From assembly GCA_051294375.1 (NCBI GenBank), contig CM119269.1, positions 6,771,552 to 6,835,551 on the forward strand: 64,000 nt of DNA, written 5' to 3'. Below the pieces are notes generated by a model, which was not told the origin of the DNA, did not search any database, and saw only the letters and a program-made list of their open reading frames with translations. Position numbers and translations under genes: made by a program. The number at the start of each line of letters is the position of its first letter. Position 1 is the first letter of the stretch. The stretch is from Paraspadella gotoi. Its lineage: Eukaryota; Animalia; Chaetognatha. Positions 1-23,441 of the stretch are shown in pieces.

Positions 1-26
1 AGAAAAAAAGAATCATGCTTGTGACT

Positions 27-308
27 TTAGAATGTTCTTGCACTTTTCGCACGGTCGTCCCTCGTCTCGCTCGTCCCACGGCCGGTCGCAGCTGAAGCAG
101 CGGAGCACGGAGCGGAGGTCTGCAGCCTCGAAGACCGTGTCGTCGCGCGGGCAGCTCTCGTAGGCCGAGGGCAGTCCGAGTCCGTGACATTGCGGTACTT
201 CCTGTAGAGGGCGTTGACGATCTCTTTGGCCGTGTTGCGGCCAACGTTCTGGTCGATGAGGTGGAGGATGAAAAGACCGTCCGTGCGCAGGTAGTGATCC
301 ACGAATCT

Positions 309-347
<39 letters not shown>

Positions 348-815
348 GAGGTGGAACGGTATGATAACTTGGTTCTATTATCACGCAAGGCCAACGAGGA
401 TTTTTAATTTTTGAAATTATTAGTTTTTTTAAGTTTAAATGTTTGTTTCCGCATTATTGATGCGGAAATTGTACCGTCTTCCATCCTTTTTCACGTTCTA
501 TTTCAATATTTTTTTTTTCCTAAATATTCTTCATCTTCTATCCTTTTTCTTTAATTCTTTCACCTTTCCCCCATTCTTTCTTTTCTTTCCCCCATCCCAC
601 CTCTTAACCGAGTCTCCGTTCCTCTCCGCGACGAGGCACCGAATCAACGATCTCCTCGTTGCTCCAAAGACGAGGAACAGCCAGAGGACGAGGTTGAGAC
701 AAGAGGCGGCGAGCATGAAGGTCATGAGGAAGACGAGGCCGGCGAAGAGCTTGTCGTTGTAGAGGTTGATAGGGAGAACGCAGTGGCAAGTATGGGGCAA
801 GAGGTATCCGTGGAT
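27..815 (-). CDS. Innexin (gap-junction protein), last two coding exons only
   Basis: Exons 815-601 and 306-27 join in phase at GT-AG sites. They encode IHGYLLPHTCHCVLPINLYNDKLF (innexin EL2 CVLPIN..N.K.F motif), TM4, then FVDHYLRTDGLFILHLIDQNVG...EIVNALYRKY, the typical innexin C-terminal FV..YL..DG.F.L.L motif. Stop TAA at 29-27. No 5' exons were found. Confidence 0.85.
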
Positions 816-1332
816 CTGGAAATAGCAATGCGGAGATGGATCGTAAAAAATTGGTTTGTTTTTTTGTCCTCAAGTTGACCTAAAAACTAAAATTCTTAAT
901 GCGACTGCGATAAGTAGAGAAAGGAAATTATGTATATCTAAAACAAGGCTATACCTCAAGAGGGAAAAGTTATGCTTCTTATACTATATTCTTTCAATTA
1001 TTCCTTTATTCCTATTTGTTATTTTTTTTGTTAATAACAAACAGTTTTAATATTTTTCAAAAATTATTTCTGAGCCCGCCTTAATTTAAAACATCCTTTT
1101 GTGCCAAACAATAATCTGTCCCACCATCGTTGTATAATAAAAATAGAAAATAAACCCTGTGGCAAAAAAAATCCTTCACTTTAATTAAAATTTTCGGGAT
1201 AGCTGTTTTCAATCGTACCCGTAATTTCTCCATTTGATCGCAAAGCAATAGAGTATGTTATCTTTAATAATGAACCGATTCGGTGCTGCAATATGTAAAT
1301 GAATTTAATAGACTCTCCCATCTTCCCTTTAC

Positions 1333-4300
1333 CTTCCAAAAACTGCTCGATTGCCCCGTCGGGTATTTCGTTATTGACAACATCGCAAGAGAGGCCGAGG
1401 AGGATCTTGGCGAGGGCGACGATGGAGACGAGTTGGAGACACTGGGTCGACTTCTCCAGGTGGAAGAGAATAGCGCTGAAGTCGACGTCCTCCCGCCCAG
1501 TCTGTTCGCTGAGGGGAAGGGAGTGGATGATAAATTCTTTCTAAATTGTTTAAAAATTGTTGAGGCAGATTTTCAATCTTTGATAAGATTGACGATTCGT
1601 GACTCATGCGATTATAATTTAAGAAAATACAAGGTTTCTAAGCCGGTTTCGAAAATCAACGAACACGGGCCTCTCTACGCTTTTTTTTTTATCGTTTTGA
1701 AACCTTTTTACGACTTTTTATAGGTCATTGTGCCCTGCTTCATTCCGGATCTTCGAATCCAAAAAAGTTTCAATAATAAAGAGTCGTGACAGGAGCTCCT
1801 CTTCAGCTTTGAGCACTCCCGCCCAAAGAAGACTTACTTGAATCTGCCTTGGTCATGGTATTTGGCCAGATCCAGATGAATGTCACCCAACACAGACTCG
1901 TAGGCTTTTTTCTCCGTTTTCTGACAGAGGTCGTTGAGAAGAGTGGCCTCCACGGCGACGGAGCTGCATCGATGACTGTGGGGGGAAAAGGGGAAGGAGT
2001 TAAGCAATTGATTAATGGACTGAAACAATTGTATATTAAAATCGTTACAAACATGAGATTTGCGGGACACAAGAAGTTGTCTCTCGACGCGGTGTCTTCG
2101 CAGACGGAAGACTCGTGTCGTCTTCGTTGCGCGGGTCGTCGTTCGCTGGCAGAGTTTCCGCTCTCATCTTCATCGTCCACGAAAACACTGCCAAAGGAAA
2201 GCTTGATTGCATGAATGAGATAATTTGTGATTCCCAGCGCTATTTTCGCTAGTTCGATAAAAAGTTATTACACGAGTGCGAATTCAAATTAAGTCGTAGC
2301 AAATTGATTGCAATAACCATCTTCCTTACTTTGGACTCTGAGGCTCCGAATAACCTTCGTCGCTATTGACGGACATTCGGTGACTCTTCGATTCGCTTGC
2401 GCTGCCGCCTAAAAATCCGCCGCCGCCGCCGGCGCCCACGCTGCTGCCAAAGCTGCTGCTGCTCGATTGTCGGACCAGCGGCGTCTCGCCGCCGCGCAAC
2501 ATGGTCACGCAGCTCTTTTGCTTCACCACGAATCCTTCCTGATCCTCCTATGGAAGTCGGGAAGGGGTAGAGATACTTTCAGTTTAATTGACGCGTGAGA
2601 GGAAGTTTGGGGAAAGAGAGACCGAGTTAGAGGTAAGAGAAAAGAATAGATGCCACTCGCCTTCTCACTGACGCTGAGGTCGAACGGAACCAGATTCAGC
2701 GACCTGCATATTCTGTTGCAGGCGTGAGAGTGGAAGAACAAGGCCATTCCTCTGGTGCCCAGGTTCCCGTCTCCGTATTCGGTCCCAGAGGCCGTGTGTA
2801 TCTGGAAAGACGCATAAAACCAGTTCCTTATGTGTTATTAAGGTATTATTCTGACGTAAATTGAGAACGCAATTATTGTCGAGTTGAATGAGAATCGGTG
2901 ATCGAAAGGATTCTAAGACTTGTTTGGAAAAAAGTTAATTTGAAAAATTATAGTTTTTTTTTATAGCTTCATAATAATAATTTTCGGGTTTCATTCATCT
3001 GTGATGATAGAAAGAATTTTTAGCAATTTAAGGATTCAAAAATAATTCGTCTTCAGCAAAGTAGGGATTAGGGTCACGAAAAGTATAAATGAACAAATGA
3101 ACTAGTATAATATGTATATTTAAATATATTATATTCTAGTTTTGGCGTCTGACCTGAGGATCCGTGTAAAGATCTCCGACGCCCTGAATGTCAACGACAA
3201 TGAGTTGATGTCCCGACCTTTCGAAGGTGAAGTGAGAAAAGGCTTGAGGGGTTCGTCTCAGGGTTTTGTCGTTGATGTAGCCCGAGTTGGAATTGTACTT
3301 GGTGTACTCCCCTGGACAGAAAATCATTTACTCGTGCAAAAAGGAATTTTTTGATTCGCCAAACTAACAGTATAAAATATTATAAGAAAAATTGTTGAAT
3401 TTACCAACCTTCTATAAAATGCTCCAAGTGGTAGAGTGGTTTGTCGGGACGGGCAGTGAACTCCAGAATGTTCATTTGGAAAATGTCCACCTTAAAGCAA
3501 AAAAAATTATGTACAATAATGGCATACTTGAAATCTAAAACGCATGTCGGATTACTTGTTTAGGAGGACTGTATCTGTTGAATTCCTCTCCCCATAACTT
3601 GGCGTCCATCTGCAGTTTGACATCATCAAAATAGACACGCCGAGCTACGGGTTCCAGGTATCTTTTGGCCACGTAATTCTTAGCCGATCCGCTCCAGACT
3701 GACGAATCGAGGTTATTGTATTCGTCACTTTCGCTGTCGACTGTAATAAATAGGGATAAGTCAGAATATTTTATCAAATAAAAAAGGAGTGCTCAAATCA
3801 TAATGATAATGTCAAAAAAGCTAACGAGAACCTGTGAAAAGTGTTTGGTTTCTAGCATTCACACTTTACAGAGTAATTAAAAAAAGAGAAATTCATTACA
3901 AATTTTTGGATGCGATTAGGACGGCAATTCAACTACCAAAACAATACTGACTTATGATTATTATGTACAACTTGCATTTGCGCTGGTTTTTTTTTAACTC
4001 GAAAACATTGTCTTTACTGTTTTATTCTTTGCTATCGCGTCAAAAAAACTTAATTAATAACAGTTCTCTATTTTAAATCACTCCGTAAAATAAATAAACT
4101 TAAATTGTGAAAAAGGAGTGAAGCTTATAATAATATAAAGACAAATGGACGTACTTATTGCATCATAATCAAAAGCTGGAAATGTCGTTTTAAGGACTGA
4201 AAAGAAGAAAAATTTAAAAAAGTCCTTCACGAAATCAATTCTATTCTTATTGCTAAACCTTCGTAATGTTAACTCACGCCGAATCGAAATATTTTTCGAG

Positions 4301-5264
4301 AAGTTGGATAGTTTCTTGAGCCTAAAACATTCACGCATGGCCCCGTTGCCGAAGGGCTCCGTGTCCAGTTTGACGACAACGATGTCAGTGACCCACTGAC
4401 CAGAATGCGGGTTGTACCTTCGTCGGAGAAACGGGTCATCGATTTCTCTCTCATTGAGAGACAAAAGGTCAAAATTCTAGGCGGACCGAACCTGTGCCTC
4501 GTGGCCTTCTCCGCCGGTAGATCCTCCAAGTGAAACTTTTTCCAGGGGTCCTTCATGATCAAACCTTTGGCAACGGCGGAGTGCCATCGCCTTGCCGCTC
4601 GGAGTTTAGAGGCTGTCCGGGCTTTTCTGAAGGAAATCATGATTAAACATGTAATAATGAAGTAATAATGAATGGTAATGTGTGTAAACAAAAATTGATT
4701 GTTTATATTTTAAAACACTTTTACAAAAGGAAATCAAGAGCAACGAATTACAACGAGAGTTTAAATGTCCAACAGGAACATGGGAGCGACGGTTTAATGG
4801 CAGGGCACAAAAAAAAGTATGGGTAAACAAATATTGAATATTATTATCGAGAAGATTGTCGAAAGTAAACAAAGACTACACGGGCAGATTCCATTGCGGT
4901 AGACTCACTTGGCCTTGACGGGGCTATCCTGGTAGCAGAGTTGAACGTGGTCGTAATCGAAAATTGTCTTCAGCTCAACTTCTTCCTCGTCGTCGTCTTC
5001 TTCTTTGTCTTCTTCCTCCACGGAGATGCTGAGGCTGAGGCTGAGGGATCTGGCCGCCTTGACGACCGAAACGAAGCTCGTCTCGCGCGCGGAGTCACTA
5101 TGTTTTCGAACGGGAACATCTGCCTTCGCGGCGGCGAGGGGCGGCTCCCAAGGCGTCGGATCCGGCGTCGAAACCGGGGTCGACTGCGTTGGCTCGGCCG
5201 CGCGACCGTGAAAGTTTGGCTCGGACATGACAGCGACCTCCTTTACTTTGCCGAAGTCATCCAT
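1333..5264 (-). CDS. EEF2K: Eukaryotic elongation factor 2 kinase (alpha-kinase), 3' end incomplete or uncertain
   Basis: Phase-consistent exons: 5264-4909, 4626-4492, 4417-4278, 3740-3556, 3490-3409, 3311-3154, 2801-2661, 2547-2330, 2187-2071, 1975-1838, plus 1508-1333. Motifs: CaM-binding [134 protein letters not shown], and a first SEL1-like repeat ([11 protein letters not shown]). Confidence 0.95.
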
Positions 5265-6025
5265 GAGGCTGTCGCGGCGCTAGATTTGACATCACTGCAG
5301 ATTGGGGTCGAAAAAGACAATGAAAACTACGAATACAAACCTGTCTCGTCTTGTCTAGTTAAAGAAGCGAAACTTAACGGGTTTCCGAAGAAAATCATGG
5401 AAGACGCAAAAAAGATCTGAAAACCAGATGGATCAATTGGACGAAGCGATCGATCGATGTTGCAAAGTGAGGGAAGAAGATCCTTGGCGAATCTCCCGTC
5501 CAATTATTCACCAGCTCTTTTTCTTTCTTTCAGTCTTTATCTCTCGCTCGCTCTCTGTCTCGCTCTCTTCTTCTCTCTCTATCTCTCTCTCGTGCGTGAC
5601 ATATATTTGTTCGACCCCAGATAAGAGTGAGCCATCTCGAACAGAGAGCGAGAACGAAAACAAAAGGCCGAGGGAAGAGAGAGACTGAGACAGAGAGGGA
5701 GCGAGAGGAATTTTTTTCTTTTTTATCTCCGTAGTTTAAGCCTTGGCCTTCACCTTTCCCTATCAGGGTCGGCCTGTGAATATTTCGAGTCGCTAAGACT
5801 GTTTTCCAGTTATATGTATGTAAATGGTAATACATGTTATAATAAATTTTATTTTGAATATAAACTGTTATTTTTAGAATGGAATATATTGAAAACTTGA
5901 ACAGGGTCGCTTAGACATCAAATTATTTTAAATTAAAATCAAAATTTAATGCAATGTTTTATTTTAGATTTAAACTATGTTTCAATTAAGAGTTTTGTGT
6001 TTGAACTTGGTAATTTTTGACTTTA

Positions 6026-6156
6026 TGAAATTGGTACAACCAATATAAAAATTATCCATTCATTTAATAAATAAGCTATCTTGCCCCTGACTTTGGACAG
6101 GCTTTGGTGTTAGCTTTCATGTAAGAAAAATCTTTATATTGGTTGTACCAATTTCA
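6026..6156. mobile_element. Short MITE-like element with 24-bp terminal inverted repeats
   Basis: TGAAATTGGTACAACCAATATAAA ... TTTATATTGGTTGTACCAATTTCA. A related copy (left TIR plus the internal AGCTATCTTG..ACTTTGGACAGGCT) begins at ~63911. Confidence 0.7.
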
Positions 6157-8284
6157 CAAGAAAAATGAATTAATAATGTCGAAACATTATGATTATTGTA
6201 TAAATGTACGTATTAATCTAAAAAACCACGTGAAAAAAAAAATCAACAAGTCGGAAGTTTAACTTTCATGAGTTACGAGAAAATTCTGATAGAAGCAAAA
6301 ATGATCCACGTGGATCCAGGAAAAAGGTCTCATCATCGCCTGACTTCCGCAGATTATAAAACGATTAATATGGAAATATACAGTTAACAACATTGTTTTT
6401 TCCAGGGGAAAACAGTGAAGAATTTCTTCGTTTCTCTATCACGCGCTCGATCTCCGCTCCCTTTGTCCGAGGTGGCTAGAAACATCTTCGCCTTAAACCA
6501 TCGGAATGTTCCGAAGATTTTTTTTAGATTCGGAATCTCCTGCTATGCAAATGAGTTTTCGGCAGCGGCTCCGCATCTTTCCTTCCCCCTTCCCCCCCAA
6601 CTTTCTCTCCGATCTATTCGTTCGCATTTCTCGATCGTAAAGCAGATTCTTTTAACAGTTTTCATCCCGTAAAACGTTTTCAAGACGCCCGCCTCGACTC
6701 TCCGAGTTGAAAAATATGAAGGAGAAAGAGAACGGAAAAAAAAATATTTTGGTTTTTCTTTTTCCTTTTTTTTTCTCTCTCTTTCTGGCTTTCGATCGGA
6801 ATGTGGAAATCCTAGAAGACCAGGCTGCGGCCGTCGCTCCCGCTGCGGCGGGCGCGGCCTTCTTGGGGAGAGTGTAAAATAAAAAGAAAAAGGAAAAAAA
6901 GAAAGTTACGGATTCTTTCTCATTCTCTCTATCTCTCTCATAGCAGACTGGGATTTCTAGAAAAAGGTCGTCATGCGATGATGAAACACACTTGATTTTT
7001 TCGATCCGCGATGCGGTTTGGGAATTATTTGTACACCGTAGCGTCGTCTTACGCGTTTTTTTCCTTTATTCGTCAGCGTTGGACAATAATTACAACGCGG
7101 AAAGAATTTAATACGTGTTGACCTCGAAACAAAATCGTTCGTACTCGCTTTTCACGTTCTATATTCTACGCTACAAAATAATAAAATCTAAAGGATTTTT
7201 GAAATAAAAATAAATCAAGTAAAAAATTGTATAAGGGCGAATATGTCATGTTTTTTAAAAAAATTTGGACTAATTTTTTACGTTTTCGTCCTCGCCACCT
7301 CCTTACCTAAAAATTCTAAACGATGACTCTTAATCTCAATGAGTAGATTGAATCAATCTACTCTGCGTCACGTCACTTCAAATCTAAATATTTTCGAGGC
7401 AATTCATTCTTGGCTCAAAATACTACCGTCAAATTGATTGGCAGATTTGCTTGATTGATTGACTTCTAATCAACTAAAACTCTTCTTTGCAGGAACAAAT
7501 TGTCCTCTAAAATCCGTTAATTCATTAATCAAATTAGTTTTCAATCTAAGAATGTATCTAATTCTCTCGACTGCAGGAAATACTTTGGCTTTGTTGACAT
7601 TCCCGTTTTATTAACCATACCTTATCCTACGATGAGCTAAGCTTAAGACTGGTATAGGATCCGTTGAAAGTTACGATTGGTTATTCCCTCGCTCGATTCG
7701 GCCAATAAGAAGAAAAACTTCCTTTCAATGAGCTCACTCGATCGACCTCTTAACTATTCAAACTCAACACACATTCCTGTTTTGAGAATGGAAGTTGTGG
7801 GCTCTGAAATCAGATAAAATATTTATTTGTTTAAATTTAAAATTTTTTCAAAATTTTATTTCTTTTTTTCTTCTGAAAGTAGTGTAATCTTTAAAAAAAA
7901 CCCAAATATCATTGATAAACACTTAAAAATGGTATTATACCCCATTATCAAATTACCAAAAGAATTTGTTGAACATACAAACAAGTAAAAGTTTTTTATT
8001 CCTTCATAAACATGAATTAGTGAGTTTTAAATATTTGTTTTATGAACTTTTACTTTTTTTTTGCTCGTGAAACTCATGAACTCGTGTTCTCTCATAATCC
8101 CCCCCTACCCACTCCCCCCCATTCATCTTGCCCCAGCTCCAACAACGCCTCCCCCTATGATGATTATCTCCGCCCCAACTCTATCTCGTTCTCTGGGACC
8201 CACAGAAAGTTACGAAATCGAAAATAAATAATCGTCCAACATTCCTTCGACTTAAACGTCTCTGGCCATCTACTCAGGGAGGAC

Positions 8285-8406
<122 letters not shown>

Positions 8407-9327
8407 CTTTCGCCTTCGCTCTTTTTTTTCCTTTCTCACTGAACCGTCAGGTCTTTTTCGACATTGCCGGAGAATATGACGTCAAAACGAACCCCCAAAA
8501 ACTATTACTTCATTGGTTCCAAAAACGAATCCTCCCGTTTTAATTGGCTCCAAATAACCGCCATTTTATGACCTTACCCTTTGGGGAGAGATAACTTACT
8601 TTTGCCCCGTTTTTTGGGGGAAAAAAATTAAAAGCGATTCGTTTTTGCTCAATTTCCCAAATATAACACTGGAAGACCGCTATCACGGTCGTATATACCG
8701 TGTTTTCTTTAATTGTTATTTTGAAAACTGAAAAAAAAAACATAGGGTAAAGCACTCGGTTAAACGATAAAACAGCCGATGTCCGTTCAAACATGGAACA
8801 TGGTTATCAGATTTAAAGGTTTCGGGTCGTTTTGTTCGAATCGTTCTCACGTCGTGAAATCTTTAAACATTTCTTAAAATCTTCTCATACGTTTTTAAAC
8901 CTTTTAAAAATCGACATTTTTTCATAAGTTTTCTCTCCAGTCTCAAGAATCTTTAAAAATCTCTGACGAAAACCGCCGCGCCCTTTTCACTTCCGATACT
9001 GATGGCTTTTGTTTCTGTTGACCTTTTTTTACATTTCTCATAATGATGAATTTATTCCTGAATTTGGTTATTATTGATTTATTTTTAAAATTTCTTACAA
9101 CCCAGAACCACTGCGACGTCTCGACCCACGTCCATGACCACTCTTTCCACTGCGCCATCTTAAACGCAAATGACGCCTAGTTTTCAAAAATAAAAAAAAA
9201 ACCATTTCTTAAGCGTTAAAGAATAAGTGAAGCTCAAACAAAATCATAACAAAAGCCAGGCCGACTGAAAAAAAAATGGGCTGAGAAAGGCGATCTCGAG
9301 AGAGAAAACGATTCCAGGCATTCCACG

Positions 9328-9358
<31 letters not shown>

Positions 9359-9375
9359 AAACGGCAACGATTGGT

Positions 9376-19420
<10,045 letters not shown>

Positions 19421-20529
19421 GCTCAGTTGACTCGCATCTGTCACACGACTCCAACTATTAAACATAACATAAATTAAAACAATTTACAATATTGACAGAG
19501 CCGAAAACAACGATGACGACATCACCAGATCCTTAATATTCTGACCGCGCCTTTTCTGCCGCCACCCCCCCCCCTCGGACTGGCGCTCGCAATATCATGA
19601 CTCGTTGAAAGAGACGGAGGGTTAAATCGAAAATCACGCTCTTTCCTCCATCCTTTCTTCCGTTTCATATTACAGAGAATTTTTTTTTCTTTCTTGTTCG
19701 CCACATTTCGTTGTTACGCATCTTTTTCTACTGTGATATTGATAAGGTGAATTTTGTTAACGATCCAGGCTTTTATTTTTCCCTCGTTTTTGTCATCCGC
19801 CATTTTCTAATGTTACTCATTGTTAACCATAGATAGATGATGCCTGTTGTCATGTTGAAAGTGTTTGCGATGATATGATTATGAAGCATGTCTGTTTTCG
19901 AATGTAAATTATATTGCTGCTATACGATATATCAGTTAACTGTTTTTGAAACTAATGAGTCAGACAAAGTTTTAAGTTAATAGTGAACTTTGGCAATTGT
20001 TATTAACGATTCGTTAACGATGGAAAATGATTTCGTTGCCCAGAGAAAAAGAAATAATGATAATAATTTCAATGCTCTCTCTTCGAAAACAGTTAAGGAC
20101 AAGCGAGGACAAGGGAAGACATGCTAACTATTTTTCGAATTTGTTAATTTGAATTGATGAGTGAGAAAGAGAGAGAGAACGAATCTCCGAGGTTCTAACA
20201 CGGAAAGGGCAGGGACAGGCAGAGTGCTTATGCCTTATCTAAAGCTCCGGAAATGCTTATTTATGAACGGTTTGTTAATTAATTCTTAAGAATTAATATT
20301 GTCTAATATATATAGTAGAAAAACTAGGTCACTGGCGAAACAGTCGATGGCTAAGATACTTTCATCCGAACTAAAGAAGATTATTAATCAAACGAGATCT
20401 TTTATAAAACAGATACGCATAACACCTTTTTGGGTTAAGTTTACTTTTGCCGAGCGGGGTTAGGGGCTTTAGGGTTAAAAATAAATATTTTAGGTGGTTT
20501 TTAAAAAGACGGCCAAAACCCCGGTCCGC

Positions 20530-21550
20530 GGGGTCGGATCCGCTTATCACAGATTCCGACTCTATAATCCACTTTGTCGGTCCGTCAGTCCTTCCCCATA
20601 AATCTTGTCGGTAAATCAGTTAAACCATATCAGAACATCGAATTATGATAAATTATATAAAAAAAATGTCTGTCAATCAGTCCGTCCGTCCCTCCTTAGC
20701 ATTAAACTCTAATTACTCGTGAATGGATGGATTGGAATAAAACTTTGTGTGCAGGAAATTGTATGATTAATCTGGATATAAAGTTTCCATTGAAACGTGC
20801 AAGTGTTAATGAGTTTAAATGTAAAAAACAAATTTCACGTTCACTATATTTTTTTGACTTAAAATTATTTTACTATTCTACTATTTATTCAGAATTTCAT
20901 AAATGAATTTAAATAAAATTTTGTAAGTGGGTAAGCGAGCTAAAGAATTTCATTGGAATCGTGTAAGTGAAAATGAGTTTTAATTGAAAAAATAAATCAC
21001 ATTAACATTAAAGTTTCTCTCTCCCTCTCTCTTTTTTGAAGTTAATTGATTGATTGATTGATAGATTTTTTTAATGATTTATTAAGAAATCTGTTATGAT
21101 CTATAATCTGTTATAAACAATTCTTGAAAAAATTATACAAGTTGTAAGAATTATGATAAAGTTTACAAAATTATACAAGTTGACCAAACTATGTCAGTTG
21201 ACCAAAATTATGCCCGTTGACCAAATTATGCCAGTTGACTAAATTATGCCTGTTAACAAAATTATAGCAGTTGACCAAATTATGGCAGTTGACCAAATTA
21301 TATCAGTTGAACAAATTATGCCAGTTGACCAAATTATGCCAATTGACCAAAATATGCCAGTTGACCAAATTATGCAAGTTGACCAAATTTTGCAAGTTGA
21401 CCAAATTATGCCAGTTAACTAAATTATGCCAGTTAACCAAATTATGATATGATCACAAATTGAAAGAATTATTATGATTTATTATCTGATTAGTTGATTA
21501 CCACTTAATTATCGTAGGCAGATCCGACACTGTTTGCTCAAACTTGTTTT
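20530..21550 (+). mobile_element. DINE-1/Helentron-like non-autonomous element, copy 1
   Basis: 5' CGGATC..AGAT(T)CCGACTCTATA, then CACTTTGTCGGTCCGTC, (GTCC)n and AGAACATCGAATTAT; 3' ATCCGACA.TGTTTGCTCAAAC. Homologous to 32045-32795 (-) and 53392-54240 (+). The class is inferred from the architecture. Confidence 0.65.
21160..21446. repeat. 18-bp minisatellite (GTTGACCAAATTATGCCA)n, about 15 units
   Basis: Tandem units are directly visible inside the DINE-like copy 1. Confidence 0.95.
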
Positions 21551-23441
21551 GTAGTATTTAAAAAAAGTAGAATACAGAAACAAACTGTTTAGTTTCAACC
21601 GTACTTAAATGTTTTATAAATTTCGAATATCGAAAGATACTGACGATTATCAGGTCATGATAACACAAAATTAAAAAGAATCGTCTTTAGATTTTAGAGG
21701 TCAATAAAACGTTTATTGATAATTACTAATTAATAATAATAAAGGTGGTTTCATCTTATTCCTTACCTTGTCTTAGCTTTGAATGTCTTGCATGCCCTAG
21801 CCTTTTGTTGATTTTCTTCCAATACAGATTCCTTTGGCTGCCGCCCTCTCTCGTCAACAAAGAAAACTAAGCAGTCCCGTTCTCTATTAAAACTAGCAGT
21901 GTGCAATCTAGTTGGTCTCTTGTGAAAAAACCAAATTCATTTATCCGCTTAGCGAAACCAATTTTTTTTCTCCTATCGTGATCGTAATATCGATGATGTA
22001 ATTGTGGTCGGGACATCTTCAGTCGACGCGGCGATTCGAATTCGTGCGAGCAACCGGATTTAAGCCGTTAATGCGTTTGTAGTTCCAATTAGATAAGACT
22101 CTCTCTCTTTTCGTTGTATATATGGTCGGTGTTATTTTGGGGGCAAAATCTCGATGAAGCATGGAGAACGAAGTGGAAACAAAAGCTCCGTATGCCGCGA
22201 TGGATCGACCCACGTCGTTGAATATCAAGTGAGTTTCTTCTTCCTTCTTGAATATTGATTGGAAACCTCTCGCTGCAAATATATCCTCAAAACTTTCAGT
22301 TTGCCGTGGGCTTTCCTACCCGATCCCGAACGAAATACTTTTGACATCAAATTTTGCTTTACCGGAACCCAGGAGGATATGCAGGTTTGTTCGTCGAAAT
22401 AAAATTGTTTTAAACTTGAGTAAACGGTCACTAAAAGTTTTCTTTTTTTCTTTTTTTCACTTTTTATCTTTTGATTTGATTTGAAAAGTATGGAATAAAT
22501 GGGCTCATATTTGATGAGATGAGACGAGATAAGAAGTGTTGAAATGAGCATGATAAATTTAAAACTTAACTAATTAAACAAGTGAGAAATTATCGGAGAA
22601 AAGATAATAGATACTCTGCTGCAAGAACTATGTGAAACCTGAATTGAGATTCGAGAAGAAAAAGTAAAATTCACGAAGATCAAAAAAGAAAATCATAAAT
22701 ATATTACGATAAGAAAAGTAAAAATATAAAGCATCTCGAAATGTACTATATTTTTTAATGGCACAGGATAAATTGATTTTCTTTTTTGAGAAAAGTGGAA
22801 AACTAAAAGGAAAACTCTCAAAACTTCTCATACATCGTTCAATGCTGTTTAATGTTCGATTAGTCAACTTCCAAATTTTGTTGTCGTCGGCGGTCGTCCT
22901 TGTCTTATTGCTTTATTGTTGCTTTTGCGTAAAGATTTTAATTTTTTTTATAGACTGACTTTAGCAGTTTTTGTCGCTTCTCTGCTTAGTTTTTAACTTT
23001 TTTCATTTCTGCTTTAATTTTTGTCATCCTTTATTTTTATTTTTTCTAAATATATTTAAAAAAATTTTTCCGTGGTTTTTCCTTTTTTCTCTCCCTATTT
23101 TTTTCTTTTTAACCTTAGCTCCTTTTCCATTTCCATATTGTTCTTTGTTTCTAATTTCCATTACTTTATCTCGCCCCCTTTTCCACATCCCTCGTCTTTC
23201 CATTACTTTATCTCGCCCCCTTTTCCACATCCCTTCTCTTCATATAGTTCAAAATCATTGCCGCGTAATCATTATTTTCTTAACCTTTATCCTTTATCAA
23301 CAGTAATTTTATATTCTATAACATTTTATTTTTCATCCTTCTTTAGATTTTAGTTACTCGCAAAAAATTATTGTGTGGAGTGGAGCTCTCCGAAACAAAA
23401 TTTTTATTTGAGTGAACAAATAAGGATATTTAGGCGTAGGG

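Noticed and set aside
604-873. In-frame eEF2K-innexin fusion protein
   Set aside because: The eEF2K exon ends in phase 1 and the innexin exon begins in phase 0, so direct splicing reads a non-innexin frame that stops at 604.
20430-20480. Interstitial telomeric repeat (GGGTTAGGGG..TTAGGG)
   Set aside because: Only two imperfect units, which is compatible with chance.
21160-21446. CRISPR-like appearance of the short repeat array
   Set aside because: The units are contiguous with no unique spacers, the context is eukaryotic, and there are no cas genes.
21765-22420. Complex sequence with short minus-strand ORFs and a good donor site at ~21766
   Set aside because: Stops occur in the frames examined and there is no recognisable domain; it does not supply the missing innexin exons.
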